Source: Nitrososphaerota archaeon (GTDB lineage: Archaea > Thermoproteota > Nitrososphaeria > Nitrososphaerales > Nitrosopumilaceae). From it: 64,000 bases of DNA. The notes below the pieces were generated by a model. That model was not told where the DNA came from. It saw nothing but the letters and a program-made list of their open reading frames with translations, and did not search any database. The translations under genes were made by a program, and so were the position numbers. The DNA is taken from contig JAGWFT010000002.1 in assembly GCA_028867755.1 (NCBI GenBank), positions 96,001 through 160,000 on the forward strand, given 5' to 3'. Below, piece by piece: positions 36,871 to 46,861 of the stretch; position 1 is the first letter of the stretch; each line of letters begins with the position of its first letter.

Positions 36871-37307
36871 CAGAGGAAGACAAAGAACTAGAACTTTTGA
36901 AGGCAAAAAGACTACTTGAGATGCAAAAAAACCTCTCTCAGAAACAGAAAATTGACGAGTCAAAAACGCAACAACCAGCGCCTTCTGTACCTGCACGAGA
37001 AGTTGTTGTCAAGCAACTTGGCTATAGGGGACTTGAAGTTCTTGAAAATGCAGAGGCACAGTTTCCCGGGGAAACCAAATTGGTGATAGAAAAACTTGCA
37101 GAGCTAATGCAATCTGGAGAGGTATCTGAAATAATTGATGGAGGTAAACTGCTTACGCTTTTTAGGTCAATTGGAGTACGAGTCAAAGTACAAACCACGA
37201 TAAAAGTTGAACAGGATGGAAAATTGGTATCATGGTCTGACAAATTAAAGAAGGTAGAAGATGATCTTGACGTAGTTGATACAGATATTCCACCTGAAAA
37301 TCCTTAG
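36867..37307 (+). CDS. PDCD5-like dsDNA-binding protein
   Basis: ELELLKAKRLLEMQ N-terminus followed by a helical bundle. Confidence 0.55.
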   Translation: MTEEDKELELLKAKRLLEMQKNLSQKQKIDESKTQQPAPSVPAREVVVKQLGYRGLEVLENAEAQFPGETKLVIEKLAELMQSGEVSEIIDGGKLLTLFRSIGVRVKVQTTIKVEQDGKLVSWSDKLKKVEDDLDVVDTDIPPENP

Positions 37308-37388
37308 TTTATTTATGCCGACAAATCAAATTTTATAATTGCATGGCCAACCTAGAATAGTAAAGATGGCTTTATCTGCAGGCTATAG

Positions 37389-37724
37389 TTGGGGAACTTG
37401 ATGAATAACAGACCAACTATCTTAGAAATTGCAAGTACTAGTTATGAAACAGAAATTGAATTGATTTCTTTTGCAATGAATAGCTTACAATTGCTTTGTG
37501 ATGTACGTAATGGATTTCTTATCAGCGAACCCATGCATAGATTTGGTTGGGCGTTTTTCAAGATATTGATAAAAGATGAACTCTTGTCTGCGATGCAACT
37601 AAAAGTTGATGACAAGATCCAAAAATCTAAAGGAAAAAAATATGAAGAAAAATTTGCTAGCTTTATGGCAAATCTCTTCGAACAAAATAATGCAAAAGTA
37701 AAGGTAAAATTGATAGAAGGCTAG
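37389..37724 (+). CDS. Hypothetical protein
   Basis: 111-aa ORF. Confidence 0.6.
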   Translation: MGNLMNNRPTILEIASTSYETEIELISFAMNSLQLLCDVRNGFLISEPMHRFGWAFFKILIKDELLSAMQLKVDDKIQKSKGKKYEEKFASFMANLFEQNNAKVKVKLIEG

Positions 37725-38125
37725 ACTCTTCTTCCTCTTTTGCCACCCTTTTTACGGGTAGTGTCATGAGGAATTGGCGTTACGTCATCGATTCTTCCGA
37801 TCTTAAATCCGCCTCTTGCTAGTGCTCTAATTGCTGCTTGTGCTCCAGGTCCTGGAACTCTAGATCCGACTCCGCCAACAGCTCTTACTCTAATATGAAG
37901 TCCTGTGAAGCCCTTGTCATGAGCAGACTCGACTACTGCTGCAGTAGACTTCATTGCAGCATATGGAGATGACTCGTATCTGTCTGCATTTACATGTCTT
38001 CCACCAGAACTGATGGATACAGTCTCGGCTCCGGAGACATCTGTGATATGAACAATAGTATTGTTATAACTACTATAGATGTGGGCGACGCCCCATTTCT
38101 CCTTAGTTTCTTGCTCTGACAACAT
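37721..38125 (-). CDS. rps11: 30S ribosomal protein S11
   Basis: [42 protein letters not shown]. Confidence 0.98.
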   Translation of the reverse strand: MLSEQETKEKWGVAHIYSSYNNTIVHITDVSGAETVSISSGGRHVNADRYESSPYAAMKSTAAVVESAHDKGFTGLHIRVRAVGGVGSRVPGPGAQAAIRALARGGFKIGRIDDVTPIPHDTTRKKGGKRGRRV

Positions 38126-38155
38126 TTCAGAGCTCTATAACGGGTTTAAAAAACA

Positions 38156-39112
38156 TTAGGATCTAAGATGAACCCAACCACATCGTTTGAGAATCCTTTC
38201 TTGCGTCTTGTCTCTGAGAACGACGTTTTTGCCATTGGTGACATGGCCTATTTCAAAAATGGGAACATGGAGTCTTTTTGCAAATCTCCTGACTGCATTC
38301 ATGTTCTTTGTAGGTATTGTGGCAACTATCTCGTATTCTTCGCCGCCGCAAAAGACAAGATCTGTCAAGCTAACTTTCTTATTTTTTGCAAATGTCTCTA
38401 CGTCGGCTCCAGTTGGAATTTTTGTTATGACAAATCTCTTCTTGCTCAATTTGCTCATGTCATTTAGAGTGATAGATAGACCATCGCTTGAATCCATGGA
38501 CGAAGAAAAATATCTCGCAGATCTCAATCCGAACTCTAGTCTTGGTGTAGGTAAAAAGACGCTTTTCTTACATTTTTTAACAAATTTTGTATGTGTTCTG
38601 ATGTTTTGAAGAATCATCTTTAATCCTGATGAAGAATACCCAAAAGGCCCAGACACAATTATTCTGTCACCATTTCTTGCTCCACCTCTTGGTATTATTC
38701 TGTCGCCAATTCCAAACATAGAAACTTCAATGACAATCTCTTTTCCCTTGTTTACATCTCCGCCAACTATCTTTACGCCAAATTCCTTTGATGCTGTAGA
38801 AAAGCCATTTGCTAGCTCACTTATCATTTTTCTAGTAAATCCATGAGGAATAGCTAGTGAAATAGTCGCGTATCTAGGCTTGATTCCCTTGCAGGCAAAG
38901 TCGCTCACACATGAAACCATGCTCTTTCTAGCCACCTGATGTAACTTCATGCCAAGTGGAACGTCTGTACTTTGAACCAACATGTCTGATTTTACAATAA
39001 AGTTTCTGCTTGGCATTGTCAAGATCTCCAAGTCTTCTGGAACAAAGTTTGATTTTTGTCCAAAACGACTCTGGAATATTCTAATGATTTCTATTTCGTC
39101 TGGCTTCTTCAT
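38156..39112 (-). CDS. thiL: Thiamine-monophosphate kinase
   Basis: VSDFACKG, GGD, MDSSDGL, GGEEYE. Confidence 0.9.
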   Translation of the reverse strand: MKKPDEIEIIRIFQSRFGQKSNFVPEDLEILTMPSRNFIVKSDMLVQSTDVPLGMKLHQVARKSMVSCVSDFACKGIKPRYATISLAIPHGFTRKMISELANGFSTASKEFGVKIVGGDVNKGKEIVIEVSMFGIGDRIIPRGGARNGDRIIVSGPFGYSSSGLKMILQNIRTHTKFVKKCKKSVFLPTPRLEFGLRSARYFSSSMDSSDGLSITLNDMSKLSKKRFVITKIPTGADVETFAKNKKVSLTDLVFCGGEEYEIVATIPTKNMNAVRRFAKRLHVPIFEIGHVTNGKNVVLRDKTQERILKRCGWVHLRS

Positions 39113-40394
39113 AGCTCTTACTGACTAGACTGGTCACTTCTTTTTCTATATCCTTTACTTTCCTAAAATCATTTGATTCAGCAGAAACTCTGATACTGTG
39201 TTCTGTATTGGATTGTCGCACTAGAACCCAACTATCATCATCTATGATTGACTTTACCCCATCCATTGTTATTATATGACTGAATTTCTTTTTCATCTTC
39301 TTTGTTAGTATTTCAATAGTTTTTTTGTGAAATTTCGAGTCTACATTTACCTTGGCTCTTCTTTGGAAATAACCTTCCATGAATTTGACAATGTCTAAAA
39401 ATTCCTTTGTTCCAACCATTGATGCAATCAAACCGCTGGTGAGCAGCCCATCTCTACACATATTAAATTCAGGTAAAATAAATCCAGCACTACTTCCTTC
39501 CCCACCTGCTTGAGAATTTGTCTTTAACATTAAATCAACAACATTGGCTTCTCCCACCTTAGATATCTTAACTTGACCTCCTTCATTGTTGATGAATTTT
39601 TCAATTGCAACACTTGTATCTATACTCAAAACAAATTTTTTGTATCCAATTTCAAGTGCTTTAGCAACTCCCAGTCCGAGAGTAGTATCTGGGGTTTGCT
39701 TCTTACCATCTCTTACTACTACTAGCCTGTCTCCATCTAAATCAAATGCAAATCCAATGGCTCCATTCTTGGATAGTCTTGTCAGGTCTGATAGCCTGTC
39801 AGAAGTTGGATCAGGACCACGCGAGGACTTGCCGGGAATGTGATTTATTTTTTTTACTTTGCATCCAATCCTGTCTAAAAGCAATGGGGCTACTTCAAAG
39901 GCTGCTCCGCCTCCAACGTCTACAACAACATTTGGTCTGCCCTTTACATTACCAATTAATTTTGCTGCCTCGTTGACATAGCTTGAATCAATCTCCGATT
40001 CTGAGCCAATTTTTTCCCTTGAATCTGGTTTTTTCTTTAGTAGGCATTCTAATTCTGATTCATTGATGCCTCTGCCATCTATGATAAATTTTAGACCGTT
40101 CCATTCAAGGGGATTGTGAGATGATGTTACTATCAATCCACTCCCATACTTTCTTGATTCTCTGAATGCTACTGGAGTAGGTGCTATTCCTAAATTGTAA
40201 ACTGCGATGCCTCTTTCCATGAGAGCCGCAGAAGCAACATGAGAGAGAATCTCACTTGATGGTCTGGTATCACGAGCCAGAGCACATTTTTTTGATTTTA
40301 TTAGATGAGAAAAATTATAACAAAAATGAATTATATCTTTGAGGTTAAGGTCGTCTAAAAAAATTCCGCGTACTCCGGAAATTGATACCTTCAA
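39081..40394 (-). CDS. Phosphomannomutase / phosphoglucosamine mutase family
   Basis: SISGVRG, ARDTR, TSSHNP, DLDGDR, GGEGS, RQSNTE; start moved to TTG 40394. Confidence 0.92.
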   Translation of the reverse strand: MKVSISGVRGIFLDDLNLKDIIHFCYNFSHLIKSKKCALARDTRPSSEILSHVASAALMERGIAVYNLGIAPTPVAFRESRKYGSGLIVTSSHNPLEWNGLKFIIDGRGINESELECLLKKKPDSREKIGSESEIDSSYVNEAAKLIGNVKGRPNVVVDVGGGAAFEVAPLLLDRIGCKVKKINHIPGKSSRGPDPTSDRLSDLTRLSKNGAIGFAFDLDGDRLVVVRDGKKQTPDTTLGLGVAKALEIGYKKFVLSIDTSVAIEKFINNEGGQVKISKVGEANVVDLMLKTNSQAGGEGSSAGFILPEFNMCRDGLLTSGLIASMVGTKEFLDIVKFMEGYFQRRAKVNVDSKFHKKTIEILTKKMKKKFSHIITMDGVKSIIDDDSWVLVRQSNTEHSIRVSAESNDFRKVKDIEKEVTSLVSKSYEEARRNRNH

Positions 40395-40414
40395 TGACTG
40401 GAAAGCACAAAGGC

Positions 40415-40424
40415 TTTTTATAAA
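40415..40424. promoter_or_regulatory. Probable bidirectional TATA box (phosphomutase / tRNA-Thr)
   Basis: TTTTTATAAA lies about 21-30 nt from the TTG on one side and 24-33 nt from the tRNA 5' end on the other. Confidence 0.55.
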
Positions 40425-40447
40425 CTCTGATGGCATTGCGAACCAAT

Positions 40448-40521
40448 GCCTCGATAGCTCAGCCTGGTAGAGCGAACGCCTCGTAAGCGTTAGGCCGCGG
40501 GATCGAATCCCGCTCGAGGCT
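40448..40521 (+). tRNA. tRNA-Thr(CGT)
   Basis: Acceptor GCCUCGA/UCGAGGC, AACGC-CUCGUAA-GCGUU, discriminator U. Confidence 0.95.
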
Positions 40522-40953
40522 CATCAATTACATTTTCAAAAATTTTACAAATATTTTTGTTATATGGAATGTCGAAAATTCAAAATTGTTTGTTCTGTTC
40601 GTGTCCTTCATCCAGAGTTTCTATATCTAATTCTAATTCTTTTGCAAGCCCTTTCCACCATACTAACACTTCTGTCATCCCAATACTCCCCAAACATAGA
40701 CAAGACTACACCTTTATAGATCTGTCGGTCGCTTTATACCCAATCTGCAGATCCATTTCTGATCTAAAAAATTCATTAGAACTTTTCAATAATGATTTTT
40801 GTATCTTTTTGTAAATGTAGTAAAGGAATTCTGCAAGATCGCTTTTTTGAAATCTGATGACACATATCTCAAAATCCACTTTGAAACATTTTAGATAATC
40901 TATTGGTTTCTAGATTAGAGTTTCTGAAATTAAAAATGTAGTAGAGGTGTGGC

Positions 40954-41235
40954 TTAGAGTTCTAGGCCGAAAGAGTCAGCCAAGCTCTGGAATTGTATGT
41001 AGGTTTCTAGGTACTGCTTGCCTTTTGAAGTAATGACAAACGTATTTTTGCCATCGAATTCTATCCTGTTTATTAGGCCTGCTCCAGTTAGGTTGTCAAT
41101 AAACTTGGAGAGCCTTGAATGTGATAAGTTAGCCTTTGTTAGAAGTGATGTTACATTAATGCCATTTACGCCACTTTCTTCTGTGACCGATAGCAGATCT
41201 CGTACTATCTGCATGCTAGTTCTATACGCAACCAT
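40954..41235 (-). CDS. Winged helix-turn-helix protein
   Basis: YRTSMQIVRDLL, KANLSHSRL, ITSKGKQYL. Confidence 0.85.
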   Translation of the reverse strand: MVAYRTSMQIVRDLLSVTEESGVNGINVTSLLTKANLSHSRLSKFIDNLTGAGLINRIEFDGKNTFVITSKGKQYLETYIQFQSLADSFGLEL

Positions 41236-41353
41236 ATTCGGTACTTATAAGGCGTGGTGATATAAGGGTATTACGCTTCCTCTCACGAAACACTGCTTAC
41301 CAAATAATTCTATTATGAAACAGATTTTATCCCTTTTCAATACTTAGATCGTA

Positions 41354-41911
41354 TTGGATTTTTCTTGCATAGAGGGGTGTTCCAAATGCTGTATAGAAAG
41401 GGAATACTATCCATCTGTGAAATTTGGCAAAGTAGGAGTGCTAATCCTGCCTGACGAGAAACAAAAAATAGAGTTTCTTGCAAAAAATCACTCTACTAAA
41501 GTGATAATTCTTCCTAGGATAGGAATCTCAGAAAAAAATGACAAGCCAGATGAAATTCTTGCATATCAAATGATGGGCAAAGAACCTAATGGAAACACAT
41601 GTCCTTTTCTTGATACTGAAAGCAGTGAGCGATCGCCACATGGTGGATACAAGTGTAAGATATACCAAGATAGACCACTTGCTTGCAGGGCTTATCCACT
41701 AATCGAGTCTTCACCTCCTGTATTAGATCCAAAATGCAAATTCTGCGAAAGTTGTTCTAGTCCTACTGGAAATATTCATTCTGAACTTGAATCGCTTGCT
41801 AAAATAAAGAACAAGATGGAAACCAAAGCGCAATACATATGGCGATATGCTACGGGAATAGGGGAAGAGTCAGATAAATCTCAGATAAAGACTGGTTGGT
41901 TTTTAGTTTGA
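41354..41911 (+). CDS. YkgJ-family cysteine-cluster protein
   Basis: C..GCSKCC, CPFL, CKIYQDRPLACRAYP. Confidence 0.85.
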   Translation: MDFSCIEGCSKCCIEREYYPSVKFGKVGVLILPDEKQKIEFLAKNHSTKVIILPRIGISEKNDKPDEILAYQMMGKEPNGNTCPFLDTESSERSPHGGYKCKIYQDRPLACRAYPLIESSPPVLDPKCKFCESCSSPTGNIHSELESLAKIKNKMETKAQYIWRYATGIGEESDKSQIKTGWFLV

Positions 41912-42067
41912 TTTGTTCACTCTTTCATGAGTGCCTGGATAATGTTCAGAGATCTTTTTGGAATAGCACTTGCTACACAAAAGTCCCTTGACATTCCATG
42001 TTTCCATAGGATGGTATTCATGATCCAAGGGGCCGTTGCATACACCACATTTTTTTGCTTCTTCCAC
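41903..42067 (-). CDS. 54-aa zinc-finger protein (not in ORF track)
   Basis: MEEAKKCGVCNGPLDHEYHPMETWNVKGLLCSKCYSKKISEHYPGTHERVNKSN. Confidence 0.7.
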   Translation of the reverse strand: MEEAKKCGVCNGPLDHEYHPMETWNVKGLLCSKCYSKKISEHYPGTHERVNKSN

Positions 42068-42132
42068 GTTTGAAAATTCATTTTTTCGTTATAAAAAGCA
42101 TGTTAAATACTACTAATTTCATACAGTAAGAC

Positions 42133-42196
42133 AGCGGTAGACGGATGGCTAATGTGGACCTCCTGCAAGAGACCTATCGGTCACCCATCTGCCGCT
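42133..42196. ncRNA. Candidate structured RNA
   Basis: GC-rich intergenic stem AGCGGTAGACGG/CCATCTGCCGCT with an inner GACC-TATC-GGTC hairpin. Confidence 0.35.
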
Positions 42197-42214
42197 ACTT
42201 TTCATATATAGTTT

Positions 42215-43969
42215 TTAGAAAAGATCTTGTACTATTTTTCGGATGCCAGTTATCTCGTCTTCTTCCTGTTTTATTTTCTTCTCAATGACCCGTATCATGG
42301 AATCTAGCCAAAGATGGTGTGAGAAGAAATTATGATATGTATTTGCAGCAGTCATCTCATCGTCAACTACAGTATCCTCTAAAAATTTTGTCACTACAGT
42401 ATCTGTAAGTTTTAAGATTCTCTGGTTTAGTTTGACACTTTTAAAAATTGGCTCTAACTTTGAAATATCTTCCTTGAAATCCCCTTTGGTAAGAAGTATT
42501 TTTTCATGCAGAATTTTAAAGTAAACTGCAACAAAAAACAGTGTTGCGTATCTTTTTGTTTTGTGGCCTCCCTTCTTTCCATAACTTAATGCTACTTTTG
42601 CATATTCTTTTACAAGATAAGGATACAACAACAGCCTGCAATCGTCTTTTAATTTTTCATTGAATACTTCGTCATACTTACTTCCCCTTGGTAAGAACTG
42701 TGCAGGAGAACTGTATGATTCTGTAGGTCTTTGTTCAATTCCGGCTACAAATACCTGTATTGCATCTTTGGCAACAATTACTTTTTTGTGGTTGTCAGGA
42801 AGATACTTGTTGTATGTGGGGTCACCTAAGAATTCAGATTGCTGAGATTTTGCTTTACTATCAAATGACCCAGCTTGTATCTCATAAAAATACCTGAAAT
42901 TCTCCATTTGAGATTTGATTGATTTGTGAAAGTCCATAAGGGAAACCAGATCTTTTCCTCTTACTGCATTCTGAGAGTTTCTATATTTTGTAATGTTGTT
43001 CTGGTCCATCTCATCCGCTGCCTTGATTATGGTCACAGTAATACTTCCATCCAGATTGTGAGTTCGCTTTGCATGGTCTAGTACTGAATTGGATGTTTGA
43101 GCACCATTGACTATTTGTGGTGCATGCAAAAGTATCGAGTTATCTTCAAGCTCTTCAAAATCATTTACAACTATAGTTATACCGTTATTATAGTAAAAGA
43201 ACTTGTTTGGCGATTCTTGCAAGGTCTCACGAAGACCCTTGTTTACAGTAGTTTTGAACTGCATCCATTGCCTTATGTTTGATTCAAAGACATAATCCCT
43301 GTTTTTTGTAACAAAGTTAGTTAATTCTCTCAGCTTTAGGATGCCAAGAAGTGTATTCTGGTATCGTAGCTTGCATTCTAGCCTTATGGAGGCCTTTTTT
43401 CCAACTGCTGGCTTTCTTATCCTGTCCCAAAGTTTTTGAATTATTATATCAATATCGTATATCTCAATAGATTCGTAATTTTCCTCATCTACTCTTTGGT
43501 CAGTAACATAAACACATTCAATTTTTAGATTTTTTTCCTGAATCTGTGTTACAAGGCGTGCAATCTCAGGTCGCATTTTTGAAATGTCCTTTGCACGTAA
43601 ACTTTGTACGTCTTGCCTAAACTTGGCAATTGCTTCCATAGAGTGTGATGTACCATATTTTGATTGAAAGAGATAGACCTTGTCTTCAGAAAAGTCAACT
43701 GGTAGATATGCATCTATGCCAAGATCGTTTGGGCCATCAACGATCGCATCAGTTGCATCATCTTCCGTTGCTTCAAAAACTCTTGTAAGCACCCATTGGA
43801 GAAAATTATGGCCTTTTTCAACTTCACTTTGAGCGTCTTCTGCATATTCTTTAACACTATCTCGTATGTTTTGAGCAAATCCTTCTAATGGTTGCCCACT
43901 GAGTGACTGCTGTAAAAGGGGTCTTGCACCTGGTATGTATTCTAGTAATCCATTATTTCTATCGGCCAA
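42215..43969 (-). CDS. AIPR-family protein
   Basis: FESNIRQW, FFYYNNGITIV, PQIVNGAQT, NSQN.V. Confidence 0.88.
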   Translation of the reverse strand: MADRNNGLLEYIPGARPLLQQSLSGQPLEGFAQNIRDSVKEYAEDAQSEVEKGHNFLQWVLTRVFEATEDDATDAIVDGPNDLGIDAYLPVDFSEDKVYLFQSKYGTSHSMEAIAKFRQDVQSLRAKDISKMRPEIARLVTQIQEKNLKIECVYVTDQRVDEENYESIEIYDIDIIIQKLWDRIRKPAVGKKASIRLECKLRYQNTLLGILKLRELTNFVTKNRDYVFESNIRQWMQFKTTVNKGLRETLQESPNKFFYYNNGITIVVNDFEELEDNSILLHAPQIVNGAQTSNSVLDHAKRTHNLDGSITVTIIKAADEMDQNNITKYRNSQNAVRGKDLVSLMDFHKSIKSQMENFRYFYEIQAGSFDSKAKSQQSEFLGDPTYNKYLPDNHKKVIVAKDAIQVFVAGIEQRPTESYSSPAQFLPRGSKYDEVFNEKLKDDCRLLLYPYLVKEYAKVALSYGKKGGHKTKRYATLFFVAVYFKILHEKILLTKGDFKEDISKLEPIFKSVKLNQRILKLTDTVVTKFLEDTVVDDEMTAANTYHNFFSHHLWLDSMIRVIEKKIKQEEDEITGIRKIVQDLF

Positions 43970-44029
43970 GTCTGATTTGGATAGAATTTGGTGTATTTAG
44001 TAAAGTAGGTTATTATGATATACTCAAAA

Positions 44030-44101
44030 AGGTGAGGAAGGGATTCGAACCCCTATAGATTCGCTCTGCAGGCGAACGCATAGCCGCTCTGCCACCTCAC
44101 C
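44030..44101 (-). tRNA. tRNA-Cys(GCA)
   Basis: Acceptor GGUGAGG/CCUCACC, UUCGC-CUGCAGA-GCGAA, T-loop UUCGAAU. Confidence 0.96.
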
Positions 44102-44142
44102 GCAATCAAAAAGGTTTCCTATGAACAATTAAATCTTTTAGA

Positions 44143-44364
44143 TCAGAATTTTGAAAACTGTTTTGCAGCTAGCCTGACATCTTCTGCCTTGATTGTTTTT
44201 CTACCCGCATGTGTAGACATCTCAACTGCACTCTTGGCAATGGATGCTCCCACCTCTTCCAATATTCTTCTCAATTCATTTGCTGACTCGTCGCTTACTC
44301 TGTCAGCACCAGCCTTTTTTAGGATCCTGTACATGACAGAGAGACCAAATTCAGATGTTGTCAT
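44143..44364 (-). CDS. Archaeal histone (HMf-type)
   Basis: RILKKAGADRVS, HAGRKTIKAEDV.LA. Confidence 0.95.
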   Translation of the reverse strand: MTTSEFGLSVMYRILKKAGADRVSDESANELRRILEEVGASIAKSAVEMSTHAGRKTIKAEDVRLAAKQFSKF

Positions 44365-44461
44365 GTTTTAATTTCAAGTATCTGAGATAAAAGACTTCAA
44401 GTGGAAAAAAGACTATCTGTGGATCGATTTATACACACTATTTCGTGGTTTATAGTATACC

Positions 44462-45220
44462 ATGAGCTGGTTGACTGACGCCCACATTCACTTGTCTGAT
44501 AGTGAGTTCAAGCCAGAATGGCAGTTCATACTTGTCGCCATGGATAAGATGCGAATAAAAGCATGTTGTGTATCTATGGACTATCAAAGCTCAAACGCAA
44601 CATTAGAACTAGGTACAAAAAGCCCACTAGTTCTTCCGTTTCTTGGAATACATCCAGAAAAAGCTGGAAATGAAGAACTAGAACCAGTATTAGATTTGAT
44701 AATGAAAAACTCTAACAAAATATCAGGTATTGGGGAGATTGGTCTTGACAGGACATATGTCTCTGACGAGAATGGTTTTAATCGTCAGGTTGATGTTTTT
44801 GAGAAGATGTTATCCTTGGCTGAAAAGCTCAAAAAACCAGTATCAATTCATTCCAGAAAGACATTAGAGGAGATATTTTCTATTTTGCCATCGTATCATA
44901 TTGATGGAGTTTTGTTACATTGGTTTGCAGGAAATAAAAAACAACTACAAAAAGCCATGGACTTGGGATGTTATGTTTCGTATGGTCCTGCCATGGTTTA
45001 TTCTCAAGATAAGCAAATTCTTCTCACCCAGACAGAACCTAGTAAGATCTTGTTAGAAACAGATGGACCGGTAAAATTCTCAAAATGTTTTGGATACAAA
45101 ACTACACAAATAACATTTCTTCCAAGTGTTCTTTTTTGTGCATCACAGATTCTAGGTAAAAGATATGATGAGACACTTGAAGCTATAGAAAAAAATATGA
45201 ATTCATATCTTGGCGTATAG
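44462..45220 (+). CDS. tatD: TatD-family DNase
   Basis: DAHIHL, GIHP, GEIGLD, IHSR, LHWF, LETDGP. Confidence 0.92.
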   Translation: MSWLTDAHIHLSDSEFKPEWQFILVAMDKMRIKACCVSMDYQSSNATLELGTKSPLVLPFLGIHPEKAGNEELEPVLDLIMKNSNKISGIGEIGLDRTYVSDENGFNRQVDVFEKMLSLAEKLKKPVSIHSRKTLEEIFSILPSYHIDGVLLHWFAGNKKQLQKAMDLGCYVSYGPAMVYSQDKQILLTQTEPSKILLETDGPVKFSKCFGYKTTQITFLPSVLFCASQILGKRYDETLEAIEKNMNSYLGV

Positions 45221-45251
45221 GTATAAAATACCCCTTATGCCAACCGGTAAC

Positions 45252-45512
45252 GTGAATAGAGTCAGACGAATTTCTACCGAACTGATGGCTACTTATAAAG
45301 GAGAATTTGGTACTGATTTTAAGCAAAATAAGACACTACTTAACGAAGTTGCAATTGTAAGATCAAAAGGACTAAAAAATGAGATTGCAGGCTATATCAC
45401 GGCCCATTTGAGACGAGAACTTGAAGAGCAAGAAGAAAAAGATGCACAAGCAATGGATCGTGCACAACCTGTAGAAGAAACTGAAGAGATGGAAGAGCAA
45501 CTTATCAGCTAA
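45252..45512 (+). CDS. rps17e: 30S ribosomal protein S17e
   Basis: FGTDFKQNK..L..V....KGLKNEIAGYIT; start moved to GTG 45252. Confidence 0.9.
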   Translation: MNRVRRISTELMATYKGEFGTDFKQNKTLLNEVAIVRSKGLKNEIAGYITAHLRRELEEQEEKDAQAMDRAQPVEETEEMEEQLIS

Positions 45513-45571
45513 GTTCTCAGGCAATTCACAAACCAAAAATTCCATATTGAGCTAATGAATTTCTTAATCTT

Positions 45572-46351
45572 ATGATAACAGTAAAACTTCTAGGTGGTGC
45601 CAAGCGGTCTTTTCCATCTGACAAGTTATCGATTGAAAACTCTATGATGGTATCTGATCTGCTTGTCTTTCTTCAGGGCTCTGTTCCAAAAAATATGCCT
45701 GCATTTGATACAAGAAATATCCTAGTTGCAATAAATGGAATAGACTCTTCTGTTTTGCAAGGAGGTGACACATTACTCAAGGATGGAGATGTTGTCAGTA
45801 TAATTCCAGTAGTACATGGCGGCAGTAAAACTAGAGTCAGCTTTTGTATCTCAAATCACAATGTAGAACTAATCCGACTAGGAAAAACTGATGATGATCC
45901 TATATCACTTCTTGATAGTCTGAGAACAAGATTTCCTGATCTAATCATTCAGGGTGTTCGATTACAATATGTTCTAAATGTCAACCATGCAAAGAGAGTA
46001 ATTGGAATCTCGTTGGAGGCAAGAAAGACTGGTACGTTGCTTTCTAACAAAATTGAGACTGATATATTGATGAGATTTGCAGGTACTAGACAGATTAATG
46101 ATGCAATCAATAAAGTAGGATTACAAAAGGACCAAGACTCTATCTTGGTTTTGATTGGAAAAAAGTCTCTAATCAACAAGCTTTTTGCTGTGATCTATGG
46201 CATGACCAAGCCAATAACCCCATTTCCTAATAATGCTAATTTCATAAAGAAAGAATTCAATATAACAAAGAAAGAACTTGACTGTGTAGTATTATCAAAG
46301 GATCCACTAGAGGATCTACTAGTTGAGAGATCTGCAGTATTACTCCATTGA
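45572..46351 (+). CDS. Ubiquitin-like (MoaD/SAMP) - Cgi121 (KEOPS subunit) fusion
   Basis: ITVKLLG..ILVAING..LKDGDVVSIIPVVHGG, followed by a Cgi121-like domain (ETDILMRFAGTRQINDAI..VG). Confidence 0.85.
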   Translation: MITVKLLGGAKRSFPSDKLSIENSMMVSDLLVFLQGSVPKNMPAFDTRNILVAINGIDSSVLQGGDTLLKDGDVVSIIPVVHGGSKTRVSFCISNHNVELIRLGKTDDDPISLLDSLRTRFPDLIIQGVRLQYVLNVNHAKRVIGISLEARKTGTLLSNKIETDILMRFAGTRQINDAINKVGLQKDQDSILVLIGKKSLINKLFAVIYGMTKPITPFPNNANFIKKEFNITKKELDCVVLSKDPLEDLLVERSAVLLH

Positions 46352-46861
46352 GTCTCGCTTTAGTTTTAGAGTGCTTACTATGCCCTGTTCTTTTAGTACT
46401 GATACCCCAGTCATGTTTCCAAGAACTTCAACTATGATATTCCAGTCATATTTTTCAAGAGATACTTTGTTTTCTACAATTTCTGCAATAGAGTCAATTA
46501 TCTCTTTAGAGGACAACTCTGATCCACGTTTTTCAATTGTGATTCTATAGGAATCATCTGATTGCATATTCCCAATGTGCCTTTGTACAGATTCCACTAT
46601 TGCACCAAGCGTAGTCTTGGTTGACTCTTGAATTGGTATGAACCTATGACAGTATCTAACGCTCCAAGGCTCATCAAGAATTTTTGTTCTAATCTTACCT
46701 ACAGCTTCGAAAGGATCTAGCGATGTATCAACTATAACTATGCCTGAAAAATCACTACTCTTCGCCTTTACCTCATCATCTCCTAGTGTTTGAAGAATGT
46801 TTGAAATCTCGTCAGATGCTTCTTCTTCAAGATGTCTGCTGCATGTTACAATTAGATTCAA
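46340..46861 (-). CDS. THUMP-domain RNA-binding protein
   Basis: SYRITIEKRG, VSLEKYDWNIIVEV. Confidence 0.85.
   Translation of the reverse strand: MNLIVTCSRHLEEEASDEISNILQTLGDDEVKAKSSDFSGIVIVDTSLDPFEAVGKIRTKILDEPWSVRYCHRFIPIQESTKTTLGAIVESVQRHIGNMQSDDSYRITIEKRGSELSSKEIIDSIAEIVENKVSLEKYDWNIIVEVLGNMTGVSVLKEQGIVSTLKLKRDSME

Noticed and set aside
40580-40879. Two short in-frame ORFs separated by TAG (possible pseudogene or readthrough)
   Set aside because: No recognisable homology, and no pyrrolysine machinery is visible in this window.
40448-44101. Provirus or island between tRNA-Thr and tRNA-Cys
   Set aside because: No integrase and no duplicated tRNA 3' end were seen, and most of the genes look like ordinary chromosomal genes.
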